Shown: positions 36,001 through 50,200 of the stretch, piece by piece
Numbering within the stretch: position 1 is the stretch's first letter
Layout of the letters: the number at the start of each line of letters is the position of its first letter
Source: Raillietiella orientalis
Taxonomy: Eukaryota
DNA length: 64,000 nt
Assembly (NCBI GenBank): GCA_036172245.1
Contig: JAYWIR010000068.1
Coordinates: forward strand, 62,001 to 126,000
Direction of reading: 5' to 3'
The notes under the pieces: generated by a model
The model's input: the letters and a program-made list of their open reading frames with translations, nothing else
Databases searched by the model: none
What the model was told of the DNA's origin: nothing
Translations under genes and position numbers: made by a program

Positions 36001-39000
36001 GACAACTTCAGCAGATCCAGCTGAGATGCTGTTTTGATGTTCTGCTTTCGGGACGCCAAGAGTTCCATGCAGACCATCCTCCGCTTCCAACGAAATCAAT
36101 ATCTCCCGGTAAGCCTGAGGATTCCGACGGAGTTTTAGTAAACGGCGCCTACCTCTAGAAAGCTCCTCGCACACTTGAAATACTCCCTCGTGCATCAGTA
36201 GAAACCTACATTCTATTCATTCCCACAGATAATGACAAAGACAGAAAATGAACGAACAAATATCTTGGAGGGTTCCGCTCTTTGTAATGCTATCAAATAA
36301 GCGAATTCCGGTAGTTAAAACTGTTCCTGGATCTCGACAATCCGTTGGTTCCCCTAATTACATGATGCACGGTGATGTGCCAGCAATGTTGCCAAGGGCT
36401 GGAGAACTCCTTTCCCATGTCCCACCTTTCCCATGCAAGACGCGCGCGCACTGCCTGCGTCTCTGAAACCGACGTTCTCCCGTGCGTATAATAATGACGA
36501 CCACACATGACCATGACCATGACCACCACGGGCGGATAAGCAATTTGAATGCGTAGGAGTGCTTTGAAGAATGTTGGTGTTTTGGAAATGGAAAGCCCGC
36601 CGCGCAGGCTGAGAGCACAGCTACCTCGGTTTTGCTGACCGCATCGCAGGTAACCGAAGTGTCGCCGAAGCAGAGCGCACCCAAAAGTGGACGCAGTTTG
36701 TTCCCGCTTTCGCGACAGGGCATCCTGATGATACAAGGGTTGCGCGGGAAATCTGCCGAAGAGCTCGAGGTTCCATCAGAATGCCAACCGCATGAACACT
36801 GGAAACTGTCTGCTCCAGTCGACCGCAGGGTGCGATGACTGGCGGCTTGGAACAGGCCTGTGGGTCACTGGTTTCCTTCGAGTATCCGACCCGTCCAGAG
36901 GGACCCGAGTTCGCTCCCCACCTTGAGTGCGATTCTGTGAATACAAGAAAACCCGTTTGCACAGACGAACAGACGGGGACAGACGGTCAGGGTTCCCACC
37001 CGAAGGCAAATGTGGTGGCGAGCGCTTCGTAAACTGCTGCAAGAATTCAGGGAGACGCCTTCTGACCAGCTTCTGGCATTCGTCAACACACGGGAGCTCC
37101 CCGGTTCAGATCGGCACCGAATTCCGCTCACGCGCTCGCTTACCGACTACATAGTTCACCAAGGCGGCGAACTGGGGGAGGGAAAATCGGAACCACCACC
37201 CCTTGGGCTACGAAGAAAGCGCCACCGTTCCACGCGCGCACGTCACGTGCCAAGCGCGACTTTCACGCAGCCTGTGCAGTGTTTCTAGGCGAGGAAATCG
37301 CCGCCTCGTGGCTGCAGCCGGGCTCCTCCCGACTTGCATCCACCGGCTGCTCCCATCGTGTTCCACCGGATGGGCTGACCGACTGCGCTGGACGCTTCCA
37401 CCTGTCAGGACTTCTGGACCGACCACCTCGTGAAATTTCATTCCGGTGGACTCGTGCCGCGTGCGTGGAGCAACGCGCTTGATAAGATCGGCGCGCAGGT
37501 CACCCGAAAGAGGCCTCGAAGAGCATACAAAAGCGGGCCGGCGGTCGGGGTCTTTCCACAAGGCTCCGGTGACACGCAGTCGTACCGGGAACGCTTCGGC
37601 ACGGGGAGTCTCCTTCGCGGCGCGGAGCGCACCCGCGGGCCCAATTTAAATGCTCAGAACATCACCCGAGCTTCAACGGAAAATTCGATCGATGCCTTCC
37701 CTCTCTGCTGATGTACTCCGCCACGAATCTGCTCGAAGAACCACCCGAGGCTCAGAAATGGCACGTTACATAAAAATTCGTGCATTTGGAATTGGGGCAG
37801 GAGAGTGGCGAAAAGTGGTGTTTCGATGGCAAACGTTTCCTGGGAGCTCGCGGGCATTCCCTTTAACTTTCGGGAACCCGTCGCTGCATCTGCGCCTCGA
37901 CGGCAAAAATTCGGATCCCTTCACGAGTGCGACGGCGAACAGGCGCTGAAAATTCCATGCCACTCTTGCACAGGGAGTTTCCGGTAAATGATCACCCGGC
38001 AGTGAAACCAAGCAAGCGACAGGCATGAGACGGACAATCTTTTAATACGTTGGGCACCCGAATAAGGACGGGAAAGGAGCAACAACTTTTCACGTTGTCG
38101 ATTTACCGGCTTCTTTGGCCAACATCTGAAGACGCCGTGAAAGCTCGGCGCAATCTTGAAATTCGAATTCGAAAAGCAGCGAGCCCACCAGCAGCTCTGC
38201 AAGGCAAACAAGTAACAAGTGCGGAGACTTTGTTGATGCTATCCGCAGCCACAGTTGCAACATTCCTTTTGGGGCTGTTTGAAGAGGCAGCACAGGGTAT
38301 GTATTATGATTGTATGCAAACTGCAAAACAGCAACAGAACGGGCGATTTCAGTACAGGCTAAGTAAGACGCAAAATGTAGTTTTTTAAAAGATAAGAAAA
38401 TAAAATAAGAAAATAAGTTGATATCCGCAACAATAATAATCACAATCACCCTACTGGCCTGCTTACATTGAAACACAAGAGAGGAGCTACCACGAGCGGA
38501 CACAACATTGAACTATTCAACTGCAGAAATACCGACTGCAAGTGCTTGCAAAGATAACACCTGACCGAGTTGAGCAGCACTGGTTTCTGAACTACCTAGA
38601 AACAATTCGGGGTCTTTTTGCATGAGAGGTGCTGGTGGGATCATCACTTACATTTCTGTGGGCTAAAAATGCAGCAGCTCCTGCCATTCCAATGCACGCT
38701 GCATAGCTCGAGTACCTGGCATACGAACGGAGGCTCAGAAATTGACGATATATGTGGCAGATGTATGCACTGCTGAGGCCTGCAGCCACACCAGCTATTC
38801 CTGACCCAAATCTCAGGGAGAAGCTAAAAAATCAACATGAACTATGCAGATCACACTTTATAACTTACACATCTCTCACGGGAGTCCACTCACTCAGCAG
38901 CTTTCTCTGTCTCCACAATGCTTCATCCTCACTGGTTATGAGAACAGCATTTGATGGTAGCTTTTCATTCTTTTTATAACTTATTGCCATTAATGACCAA

Positions 39001-39833
39001 GTGAATTCAATCTTCCATAGTGAATAAAGGCGAGTACAAAATAAGCAAAATTACTCATTGCATTTTTAATGAAGCGGGACTGTGATCAAACTGGATCACC
39101 AAAAAAAGTTAAGACATAATATGATTATCAATGTGGAAGCCATGTAATTTTAAAAAGGGGCACATTGATCCAAGGATTTGAGCACTCCTTTTATTAACTA
39201 ATACTTTAACTGATGCATTACAATTTTATTTATTTAGATTATTATATAATCCAAAAGTAACTAAAAAGGAAACAATGAAATAAAAAAGTCAGTTTAATTC
39301 ATAAATGCCATTCATACCAAACATTTGATGCTTTTTTTTTTCAAATGAACAATATTTTTTTTTTTAATGTTATCACAGCAACCTAAGCACATCAAAATAA
39401 AAAACTGTCATTTAAAAGAATGATATTCTTGTATCACCTGCAAACATAATTATCCAAACAATTACTGATAAACGTCATGAGTACACACTTTCAAGGCAGA
39501 TAAATTAATCCACTGCCTATAAAATTGGTTGTAAAGAAATCCTGTTCTACGAATTTTTCCTATTTTTTGTGGCAAAACGGAAGATAATACGAAAAATAAA
39601 GTGTCATAAATTTTCAATATATATAAAACAAAATGTTGTGGAGAGAAGAAAAACAAGTTGATATTTTTCTTTCCTGAGATTTAAGTAACTGAAAGACACT
39701 TCTGGATAGTTCAATATCCCCACAGGTACCCCTTGAACATTCGTGTTTCCAAAATAAAAATAAAATACATTCGAAGTATAATATAGAAAATATGAATACA
39801 ATTGCTTCTTAAACAGTAATTAAAATAAGCATG

Positions 39834-41894
<2,061 letters not shown>

Positions 41895-42032
41895 AACAGC
41901 AACTAATTTTGATTAAGGCATTGGATTCTTCAACAGCGAGTATGGTTTCATGAATGTATTCTCCCCATCGTAAGCACCGCACAACCTTCACTGAGGTAGC
42001 GTGTAATAGAACTGACAACAAAACATCCGTGC

Positions 42033-42047
42033 AGCGCCACCTGCTAG
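42033..42047 (-). promoter_or_regulatory. CTCF-like motif near the AMMECR1 5' end
   Basis: Minus strand reads CTAGCAGGTGGCGCT, one mismatch to CCAGCAGGTGGCGCT. Motif match only. Confidence 0.35.
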
Positions 42048-42416
42048 ATGGATGCCAAGCAAATTTGCATTTTCGAAACCTCGGAACTCGACGTCCCCGC
42101 CGCCGTCAGATCTCCGTCAAACTTCCCGAAATTCGTCCCTTCGTCGGGACGAAGGGAAAAGCCCCCCCCCCCCTTCCTTCCTTCCTCCTCCTCCTCCTCC
42201 TCCTCCTCTCCACTTTAGACGCGTGCTCCTGCTTTCCCCCTTTATTCTCCATCCATTCATTTGCATTTACTTCCTGTGTAATATGGTTCCGTGTTTGGTG
42301 AACCGACGGACGCATTTTCAAAAAAGCCCAAAAAGAGAAGAAGAAGGAAAAAGAAAAAGAAGGAAACGACGGACAGACAAACAAACAAACCACTCGCGTG
42401 CTTTTGGATATTTAAA

Positions 42417-42464
42417 ATATATATATATATGTATATATATGTATATATATATATATGCGATAGC

Positions 42465-42530
<66 letters not shown>

Positions 42531-42540
42531 GCGATAGCGT
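42417..42540. repeat. Interrupted (TA)n microsatellite
   Basis: About 110 bp of TA repeats with GCGATAGCGT at 42457-42466 and 42531-42540. Confidence 0.95.
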
Positions 42541-43479
42541 TTTTCCCTTTTCCCAGTAATCTTTTGGGATTTTGCTCATTCCGTTCCGTTGGGATTCCGA
42601 ATTTCATAAACGTACTCGAAAACGTGTTTTCAATTGGTGTGTGTAAGACGAAGATGCATTTCAAGCTTTCAGGATTTTCGAAAATGTGGGAAATTTCATT
42701 TCAGAAGATGAAAGCTGTTTATCGCATTAGCAAAATTAAGAGCCAAATTTTTTTTTTTCTTTCTTTTTTTTTCAAGAGGGGGGGGGGGGGGAGACCAATA
42801 AATAGATATGAAAGCTTTTCAAATCCTCTTGCTTATTGCTTCAACATGGATGCTGTAGTGAAGTTTTTTTTTTCTTTCGCACACTTATTTTACAATATGC
42901 TAGCAGAATATTTTTTTTCTTTTTCGCTATTGATTAAAAAGCGGAAACAAAATTAATTTATTTTGTTTGATATACTAACGTAGGACCGATTCGCCAGAAA
43001 TGTTTTAAAATGATTACATCTCAAATGCACGTTCAATTATCTGTATCTGCAAAATGGATAGGATTATGATCAATAAAAACTTGTAAATGCAAAAGAAAGT
43101 GACAAATGTAAACTCCCCATACTGTAAAATATTTACTATAGCTAGTAATGAAGTATCATGAAGAAAAATGAATACATGATGGGGGATGAGTTCCCTTCCT
43201 CAGAACTGAAAGGAGACTTTCTTTATGTAAATACGCATTATACCCCATAGTTCGTGGAAATCCATCATCGAAAAATCATTGTTTTTTGTTCGTTCGAGTT
43301 CGTCGCTATTTTCTATTTCTAAAATTAATGACGTATGCGACACTCATGTTTATCGTGGCAGGTTGTCGTGCTCCTTGGCTTGAGAGAGAGAGAAAAAAAA
43401 AAAAAAAAAACACGACTGGTAACATCGGAAATGCGAAGAATAGGACGAAATTGAAGTGTGCGACACCAAAGAGAAGCTG

Positions 43480-43930
43480 CGTAAAACAGTGCGATGTTCA
43501 ATCAATTTGGTACATTAGCCGAACGGAAGCGACGACGGGATCGTGGAAAGCAACCATCTACTTTGATCGGTTGGAAACGAAACGCAGAGCCAACATTGCC
43601 TTTCCGAGATTTCTTCTACGTAGAACATGGTACCACTACATGTACATTCGTGGGTATAGAGCTGATAGAGGTGTAGAGCTCCAGTGCGACACGACAGAGA
43701 ATCTAGGTCAAGGCAAACAACAGTTGTTACTAATTGTAGACTTTTATTTCTCCTTGGGTATGGAATCAAGTTGTGTTGGACAGCCAGCGAGCTTTCGATT
43801 TGCTACCCCGAAGCAAATCCCACATTCGCACATCCTCTGCTTCCGGACGTGCGGAGCCCTTCCGTGTCTGTACGTTTCCCGCCTGATTCATCGTACGTTT
43901 CGAATACACTCAAGTGAGCCAGGCCTCGGC
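43480..43930 (+). mobile_element. Possible degenerate LTR-retrotransposon integrase remnant
   Basis: ORF 43286..44095 has VKQCDVQ, KQQLLLIVDFY, FRFATPKQI and IHSSEP in the order of integrase motifs (VKxCxxCQ, YLLVVDY, FxRFGxP, SSP); catalytic motifs are not intact. Confidence 0.35.
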
Positions 43931-45199
43931 CACCTCGTAGGTGCTCTGACGATGACATGTGGTGCTTCGGTGGTGAGTTCAGACGGAAGAGTCCGAACGT
44001 CCCGGTCCCTCGAAAGTGCACCCGGAAGTCCATCCCGCGTGCTGCCCGAGGAAGTCCCCATGAATTTCCCTGATTTCCTTCTTGGCGTTCCTTGAAATAA
44101 ACTTCCTTGAAATCAAAACTGTATTTCGAGATCCATGGAAGAAAAAACGGAAACTGCCTTTTTCCTTTTGTGAAACGTGTGGCTCCATTAGGTCGGTAGC
44201 AACACAACGCATCCTGAGATTGGTGGCTGGAAGCAGGAATCATGATCATCTGTTTGCACAGAACCTGTTTGTTCTCCGAATCGCCTAATGAACGGGGAAC
44301 GTCCGTCCACGGATGATCCGGGAAAATATTTGTTTCCGCAGGTTCCAAGGGGGGGGCATTAGAATGCGGTCTAAAATGTAATCATCGGTTTTGATTCGAG
44401 CCAATTTGCATGGGATTCAGGGAAGAAAGGGTGGGGGAGGGGGGAAGGCAGTATATATACATAAAAAGAATTCACTTTCTGCTAAAATCCTCGGAACGTT
44501 GGAAAAGGGATTGGTGGTAATGTAGGAACATAGCTGACCATTCGGAAATTCTTAATCTGGACAACTGTGGGTGAGTTTCTTGGGTGGCGCTTTACAGTAA
44601 TCTCACAAAAGCTGAAAAAAATGCTGTGTATGTTATTTTTTTGTGTACTTGGCCGAGCGTAACCATCATCTCAAAGTTTCCCAGCAGTGCACACTGAAAT
44701 TCCCGCGTTCCCGAGACGGAGTTTACAAAACGGCGCAAGGCGCGAAGACATAAATTATCACGATAGTAATTAAAAAACGATTTATTGTCCCTCTCTTTTT
44801 TGCTTTCAGTGTACCGCGTGCTATTTACCCTGGCTAATGTGCTGCTGAAACAGCTAAAATCGTATAGCTGATCTCAAACGAATGCAAAGAATTGCAAGGA
44901 GGGAGTTCTCGGATGGCCATTCCAAATGGCGAATCGCCGGAAGGAGATTTTGAGCATCCCTTGCTCGCCTCCCTCGTGCATTGGTGGTGGCCAGTGGCAA
45001 CCTTCGGCGACCACAAATCAAGATTTCCCTAGCAAGTGTGGTGGGTCAAGTGGGTGTGCTTTCGGGCTCCGGCGTGGTTGGGGTACCCCAAAAACCTTCC
45101 GAAAGGCTTGAAGCAGCGGGCAGAAAATTTATGTGACATCAGACGGCTCGAGACTTCACACACGAGCCGATTTGGTGTATCCCTTCCCAACCCCCACTG

Positions 45200-47260
45200 G
45201 AGATTCGATCGCAGAAGAGTCATCTGATATGACCTTTACGTGGCATAGTAGTCACCACGAATTTCGTTTCAACCAGGTGGGTGCGCCTTTAGAAACTTTA
45301 GCACAAGAAACGATTGAACACGCTCGCTTGCAACACGGTGTTCACCTCTAATGGCTCCTTTGTGGCCTCCCCTGGCCGGAGAACGCTTACGAAAAAGACA
45401 CGAAAAATTCGCTGTGTTTTGTGGCAAAACAGAAGACAATAAGAAAGATCGAAGCGTTGTAGATTTTTAACATGTAAAAGAAAATGCCATGGAAACTGAA
45501 GGGCAAAACTTAGTTGGTGTTTTCCTATCCTGAGATTTGAGCAACTGAAAGATACTTTCCAAGGAACATCCTGCTGTGAAAACATTCTGTAAACATCCAA
45601 ACAACGTCATTCTGCGTACATCCTGTGAAGTTCAAAGAACATCTCCCTGTGAACATTCTCGGAGATGCACAGTCACCATTAACGCACAGAAGTCGACATT
45701 TTCGGGTGGCAGCACGTTGCACGTCCGCCTGGAGAAATTTCCACTCGACGGGAAGAGCTGCTCCAGATAGTGCTTCGAACCAAGCGCCGGGGGGATGAGA
45801 AACACATATGTGTGTTCTGATGGGGGAAAGAGTGTGGAAACTGAAGGTGTTAGAGGGAATGTCTGGAAGGAGATTCATTCTCTCCTGGTCCTGACGCGAG
45901 TTTGCGGAACCACGTCCTCAGAACCAAGGTCTCTGACCTCAGTACCACTTCCAGGTTTTTGATCGCAGGCACGAAACATCTAACAGCGCTTTTGTGCTGG
46001 AAAGAGCTCTGTTTCTGTGCAGCTCGTGAGCATCTACTGTGCTGCCGCAAACACTCGAGGAAAGTACGTAATTTGATGAGTGCTTTAGGCTGCATATCGC
46101 ACGACTGAAAGATGTCCAGAGGACGCTGCCTTCGGCCACGAGAGCTGAACACTCTGCCAGTTGTGTAGACCGAGGTCGGCCTCAGGCAGAAAGAAACGAA
46201 CCCAGGTGCGAGTTCAAGCCTGAAAACAAGCTACCGCGTTCCAAACTTAATTAATGCACTCATTCCTACACCACCTTTATTCGCAGGCGCTCGTGCACCT
46301 CTACGAAGGGAAGAACGTGTTCTTCTTCGTGATGCACCTGTGGTTCGAGCAGACAAACGACCCAGTCGCCACCCTTCATTTGTCGAGAGCACTCACTGAT
46401 CGATGAGGAGCAACTCGTCAAGTTTCTTTTTGCTACCTCGACGCTTCTCCGAGCAGATTTAGCAACGTTTTCGACAAATTCACAAGTCGCTCGAATAGCG
46501 GCAGAGGCCTTTCACCGGCGCTGTTGGTGTTTTCCATTGGATTTGGCACCAAAAAAAGGAAAAAAAAAAAAAAAATCAGTGGAAAGGGAAAATACGCATG
46601 AAGTCTATCGAGGGTAAGGATTAAAACTATGGCGAAGTGTACTTCGGTGTACTCTACGGGTGCGCACGTTGAAAAACTTTCTCATTGGCGAACGGTTTCT
46701 TCGCGACACGGCTTGTGTTGTCAGGGTGGCTGCGTTCCGTCGTCCGAACCTTCTCCTCTTCCTCGGCCAGAGCTCTGTGGCTACCTGATTTTACGATCCT
46801 CCTAGTCGAAGGGTGAGCGCATCCTGCATGCCACCGCGCTGTGCCACCGATGCGTGGATAAAAGGCAACGCTCCTCTGCTTCGAACGCAGCCCTCCTCCA
46901 CTCCACTTTGAGTCTGGAAAATTCCGGTCTTCGGTTCTTATTTTCGCTCACCTACAAGAGCGTTTCCCCTACTCCAACAAGTCCGGTCGGACTCCTCACC
47001 CTCGCCGAAGAGCCGTTCTCCAGGGAGGATGTGTTCTTCACCACCGGAGATCTCAACGAAAGGAAAGCGCCTGGGGACGTTGGACTCACCGCGAAGTTCC
47101 TCAGGTGCTTATCGAAGCAACTCGCGGTTACCTGTGGTGCTTTGGGCGGCGACACCGGTGGCGCCAGACTAGCGGTGCGCCGCGCTCCTTCCGCTCGCCA
47201 AGTTCTACGCCTCCTCACCAAGCAAGTCCAAGCAACCAGCGTCCAGTTACCTTGGTGAAC
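45200..47260 (+). mobile_element. Possible fossil LINE fragments
   Basis: Scattered motif-like peptides in different frames: TFTWHS (about 45230), SPGPD (45881), a DxxxxFD-like stretch (about 46456, needs a frameshift) and DVFFTTGDLN (about 47030-47058). No continuous ORF. Confidence 0.25.
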
Positions 47261-50200
47261 ATTTCCTGATGCCAAGCTGTCCTCGAAGCGGCAGACGGAG
47301 TGATTGGGGACGGCCATCGACTCCCTCGGGGCAGTCATGAGCTGTTGGCGTGCAAGAACCGACTGCCCTTCGACCAGGGTCCCACTGAAGCAGCGGTAGA
47401 CCCAGGAGCCATCGCGATGGCAGTCGAGGTCTACAGAAGGCCGGCCGCGCCAGCCAAGGGCTCCTGGAACGACTCCTGGAAGATTCTCTTGAGCTCGCCT
47501 CCATGACTTGCCGGTGTGGAGAGGGGTCACGGCAGAGCAGCAGGCTGAGACCCCGTGCTCCTCACCATTTACTTCGAGCTGTTCCTTAAGGCGCGAGGAT
47601 CAACCCTAGAGTCCTCAACCTCACCGCCTGTACAGGCGACGGCCGCGGCAGCACAGACGGGGTCACCTGCTCCTTCTTGCGACCTCGATCCGCTCCCGGA
47701 CTAGGTCAAACAAAACCTCGGTGTCCTACCGGAGGAAGTTTCCTCTGGATCCCTGTGGGCAGGGCGAACCAGACGGTGAAGCCCCTCAAGCATTCGGGTG
47801 CCCCGACTTCTGCGCGTGGAACTCGTCGGGCCCCGCGCCCGAAAACGGCGCCCACCTAGCCATCCAACACCCCGCTTCCCCCTTCGTTCCATGAGCAGGA
47901 AGAGAGTCGTCGTCCCTCGCTGCTTCGGGCAACCTCGAGGAATGGGATAGGATCCACCGAGTGAGGCGCCACTTCTTGCGTGATCCCCGGGGGAACACGG
48001 AAGAGGCATCGAGGAAAAAGCTTGGGAAGTGCGACCTCGCCTCCCCCCTGTAGCTTCGCCGTAGAAGAACGCCGGACATGGGAACTGTACTTTCACTTCC
48101 TCGAAAGGCAGCGCGGCTCCTGCCAAACCCACTCCCCAAGGTCAGGAGCAGACGTGGCATCGAGTGCTGCGTCGCATCAGGACAGCGACCTCTCTCTCCA
48201 AATATTGAAAAAAAAAAAAAAAATCTATTTATTTATTCAGTCTTTCCCGCTTCTCCCTCCCACTTCCCCTCCCTTCCCGAGTTTCGGCGTCGTCCTCCTC
48301 CTCCTCCTCCCCTCACTTCTTCCTTGCGCGTTTGTTTGCGATCCAATAGGTGGCCGGGTTCAAAACGGCCCCACGGTCAATAGCGATCGGCGCGCTTCCT
48401 GGGCTACCGGCAAACCCACCCCGCCCGTCGTCAGCTGAGCGGAGCTCAGCAGCGCTGCGCGGCGGCGCTGCTGGCGCGACCCGCTTACGCGCTTCCCACC
48501 ATGCTCGCGCCGCCAAGCGAGCGAATGCGCAACAACAGCAGGCGCGGGGCGGGATGCAGCACGCCATCAACGCGTGACGGAAGCTGCACTCTTCTTCGTC
48601 CGACGTCGTCAACCAGGCTGTCGGCGCGTTTCTCCCGCACTCGCCCGCCCCGACTCGCGCGCGCCGGCGGCGGTGGCGAGCCACCACGCGCGGCCTCCAC
48701 CCGCCCCGTCCCTGCCGAAGCGTTGGATCGGGTGGTCGTGGATCACGGTGTGGATTCCAGGTTTGTGGTTGTGTGCTCCCTCCCTGCCGACGAGGGAAGC
48801 TGCTGTTGGCGCGATCTCTCGAAGCATCGTGCACTGCGGGTGCACGCGTGTTCCCTTCGAGACGGTTGCTACGTGCTTCGCGTGTGCGCTTGGTTTTTCT
48901 CTCAGTTCCCGTCGGATCCAAGTTGGAAGGGGGGGGGAGGAGGGAGAGGGAGAGTTTCCGTATTTTTATCCCGCCTCTCAGACGTTGCAACTCGTTCTGG
49001 TATCATTCTTGAATTTTGGAACCTTCCTGCCCTTCAGTGCACTCCATTTTGATCCCACAGGCTATTTCGGCTCCGAAATTACGTGAAGACGGTTCCCAAA
49101 GAACTCGCGGGAACGCTCGGCTCCCACATTGATCACACCTTTGCGCCATCGGACGAAATGCCGTCGGGAGGCCCTCGAATCCCTCCGTTTTTGCAGCGGG
49201 TCCATGGCGTGTGTGCACGGCTTCGCATCGTCCCGTTTTGTCTCCCCCCCCCCTCCCCTCTTCCCTCCATCCCCCCCCCCCCCAAGCCATCCTGCTGGAA
49301 TTACGTGCGCGCACTTCGTTCTGCACGTGTTCACGAAACATTCGCAGTCGTGTCAAAGCAGTCCGTGCCATGTGTGCAGAAAGAGTTTACGCGCCCCGGC
49401 TGGGTTTCCAGGTGATTCCCCGACGAGCAACCGAGCAGTTTTTCAGATCCCCTTCGTTCCTGCCTGCTGGAAGCGAGAAATCTCTGCGAATGAATCATCT
49501 GGATGGCCGGGAAAGTTAGACCCAGATGTTTGAGCGGATCGCGGGAGAAAAACACTGCGATTCACGACGTTTTCCCGGTCGCAATCGTGCTGTGACAGTT
49601 TTCTGATGTGCATCCGCCGGCGCTGTGAACAACAAAGTTTCCGCATCCGCAGAATCGCCCGCCATCGAATTGCTGGCGATGGCCGCCGTCGAAATTCGGT
49701 TCCTGCAGCCGCGGAGCGCCGAGTCGCTCTTCGGCACCGCCGGTCATGCGGGAGGGCGAGCGTCGGAAACACTCCGGCAGCAGTTCTTTTCGCGGGTCCG
49801 TCGGCAAGCTACCTTCTCCCATGGCAACGCGACTTGGTGCAAGGAAGATGGCGAGCATCCCAAGTGGATTGGAAAGTTCGAAATTCGCTGCCGAAATGGA
49901 GACGCGCTCTCCGCACGCACGTCCCCGGCGTCCCTTCGATTCCTGGCTGAGAACCGCGAAACGACACTGACGTGCAGACCATTTGAAAAATAGGAAAAAA
50001 AAAAAAAAAGGAAGGAAAAAGTACCTGGATCTTCCTCAGCACCTTCCAGGCAGTCACCAGCCACCCGCTGTTTCTTGTGATTTGTGACCGTTCCACTTGG
50101 TTGGCCTTGGCAACCATGGATGGCGGGGGACTGTTGAAAGTTCACTCTGCGTCGGTCTTTGTCACCGCATGCCCACTCGGAGCCGGGCTCAGCTGAGCAT

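Noticed and set aside
42257..42956. ORFs 42291..42956, 42257..42664 and 42052..42537
   Set aside because: Open only because of the (TA)n microsatellite and homopolymers (poly-IY translation).
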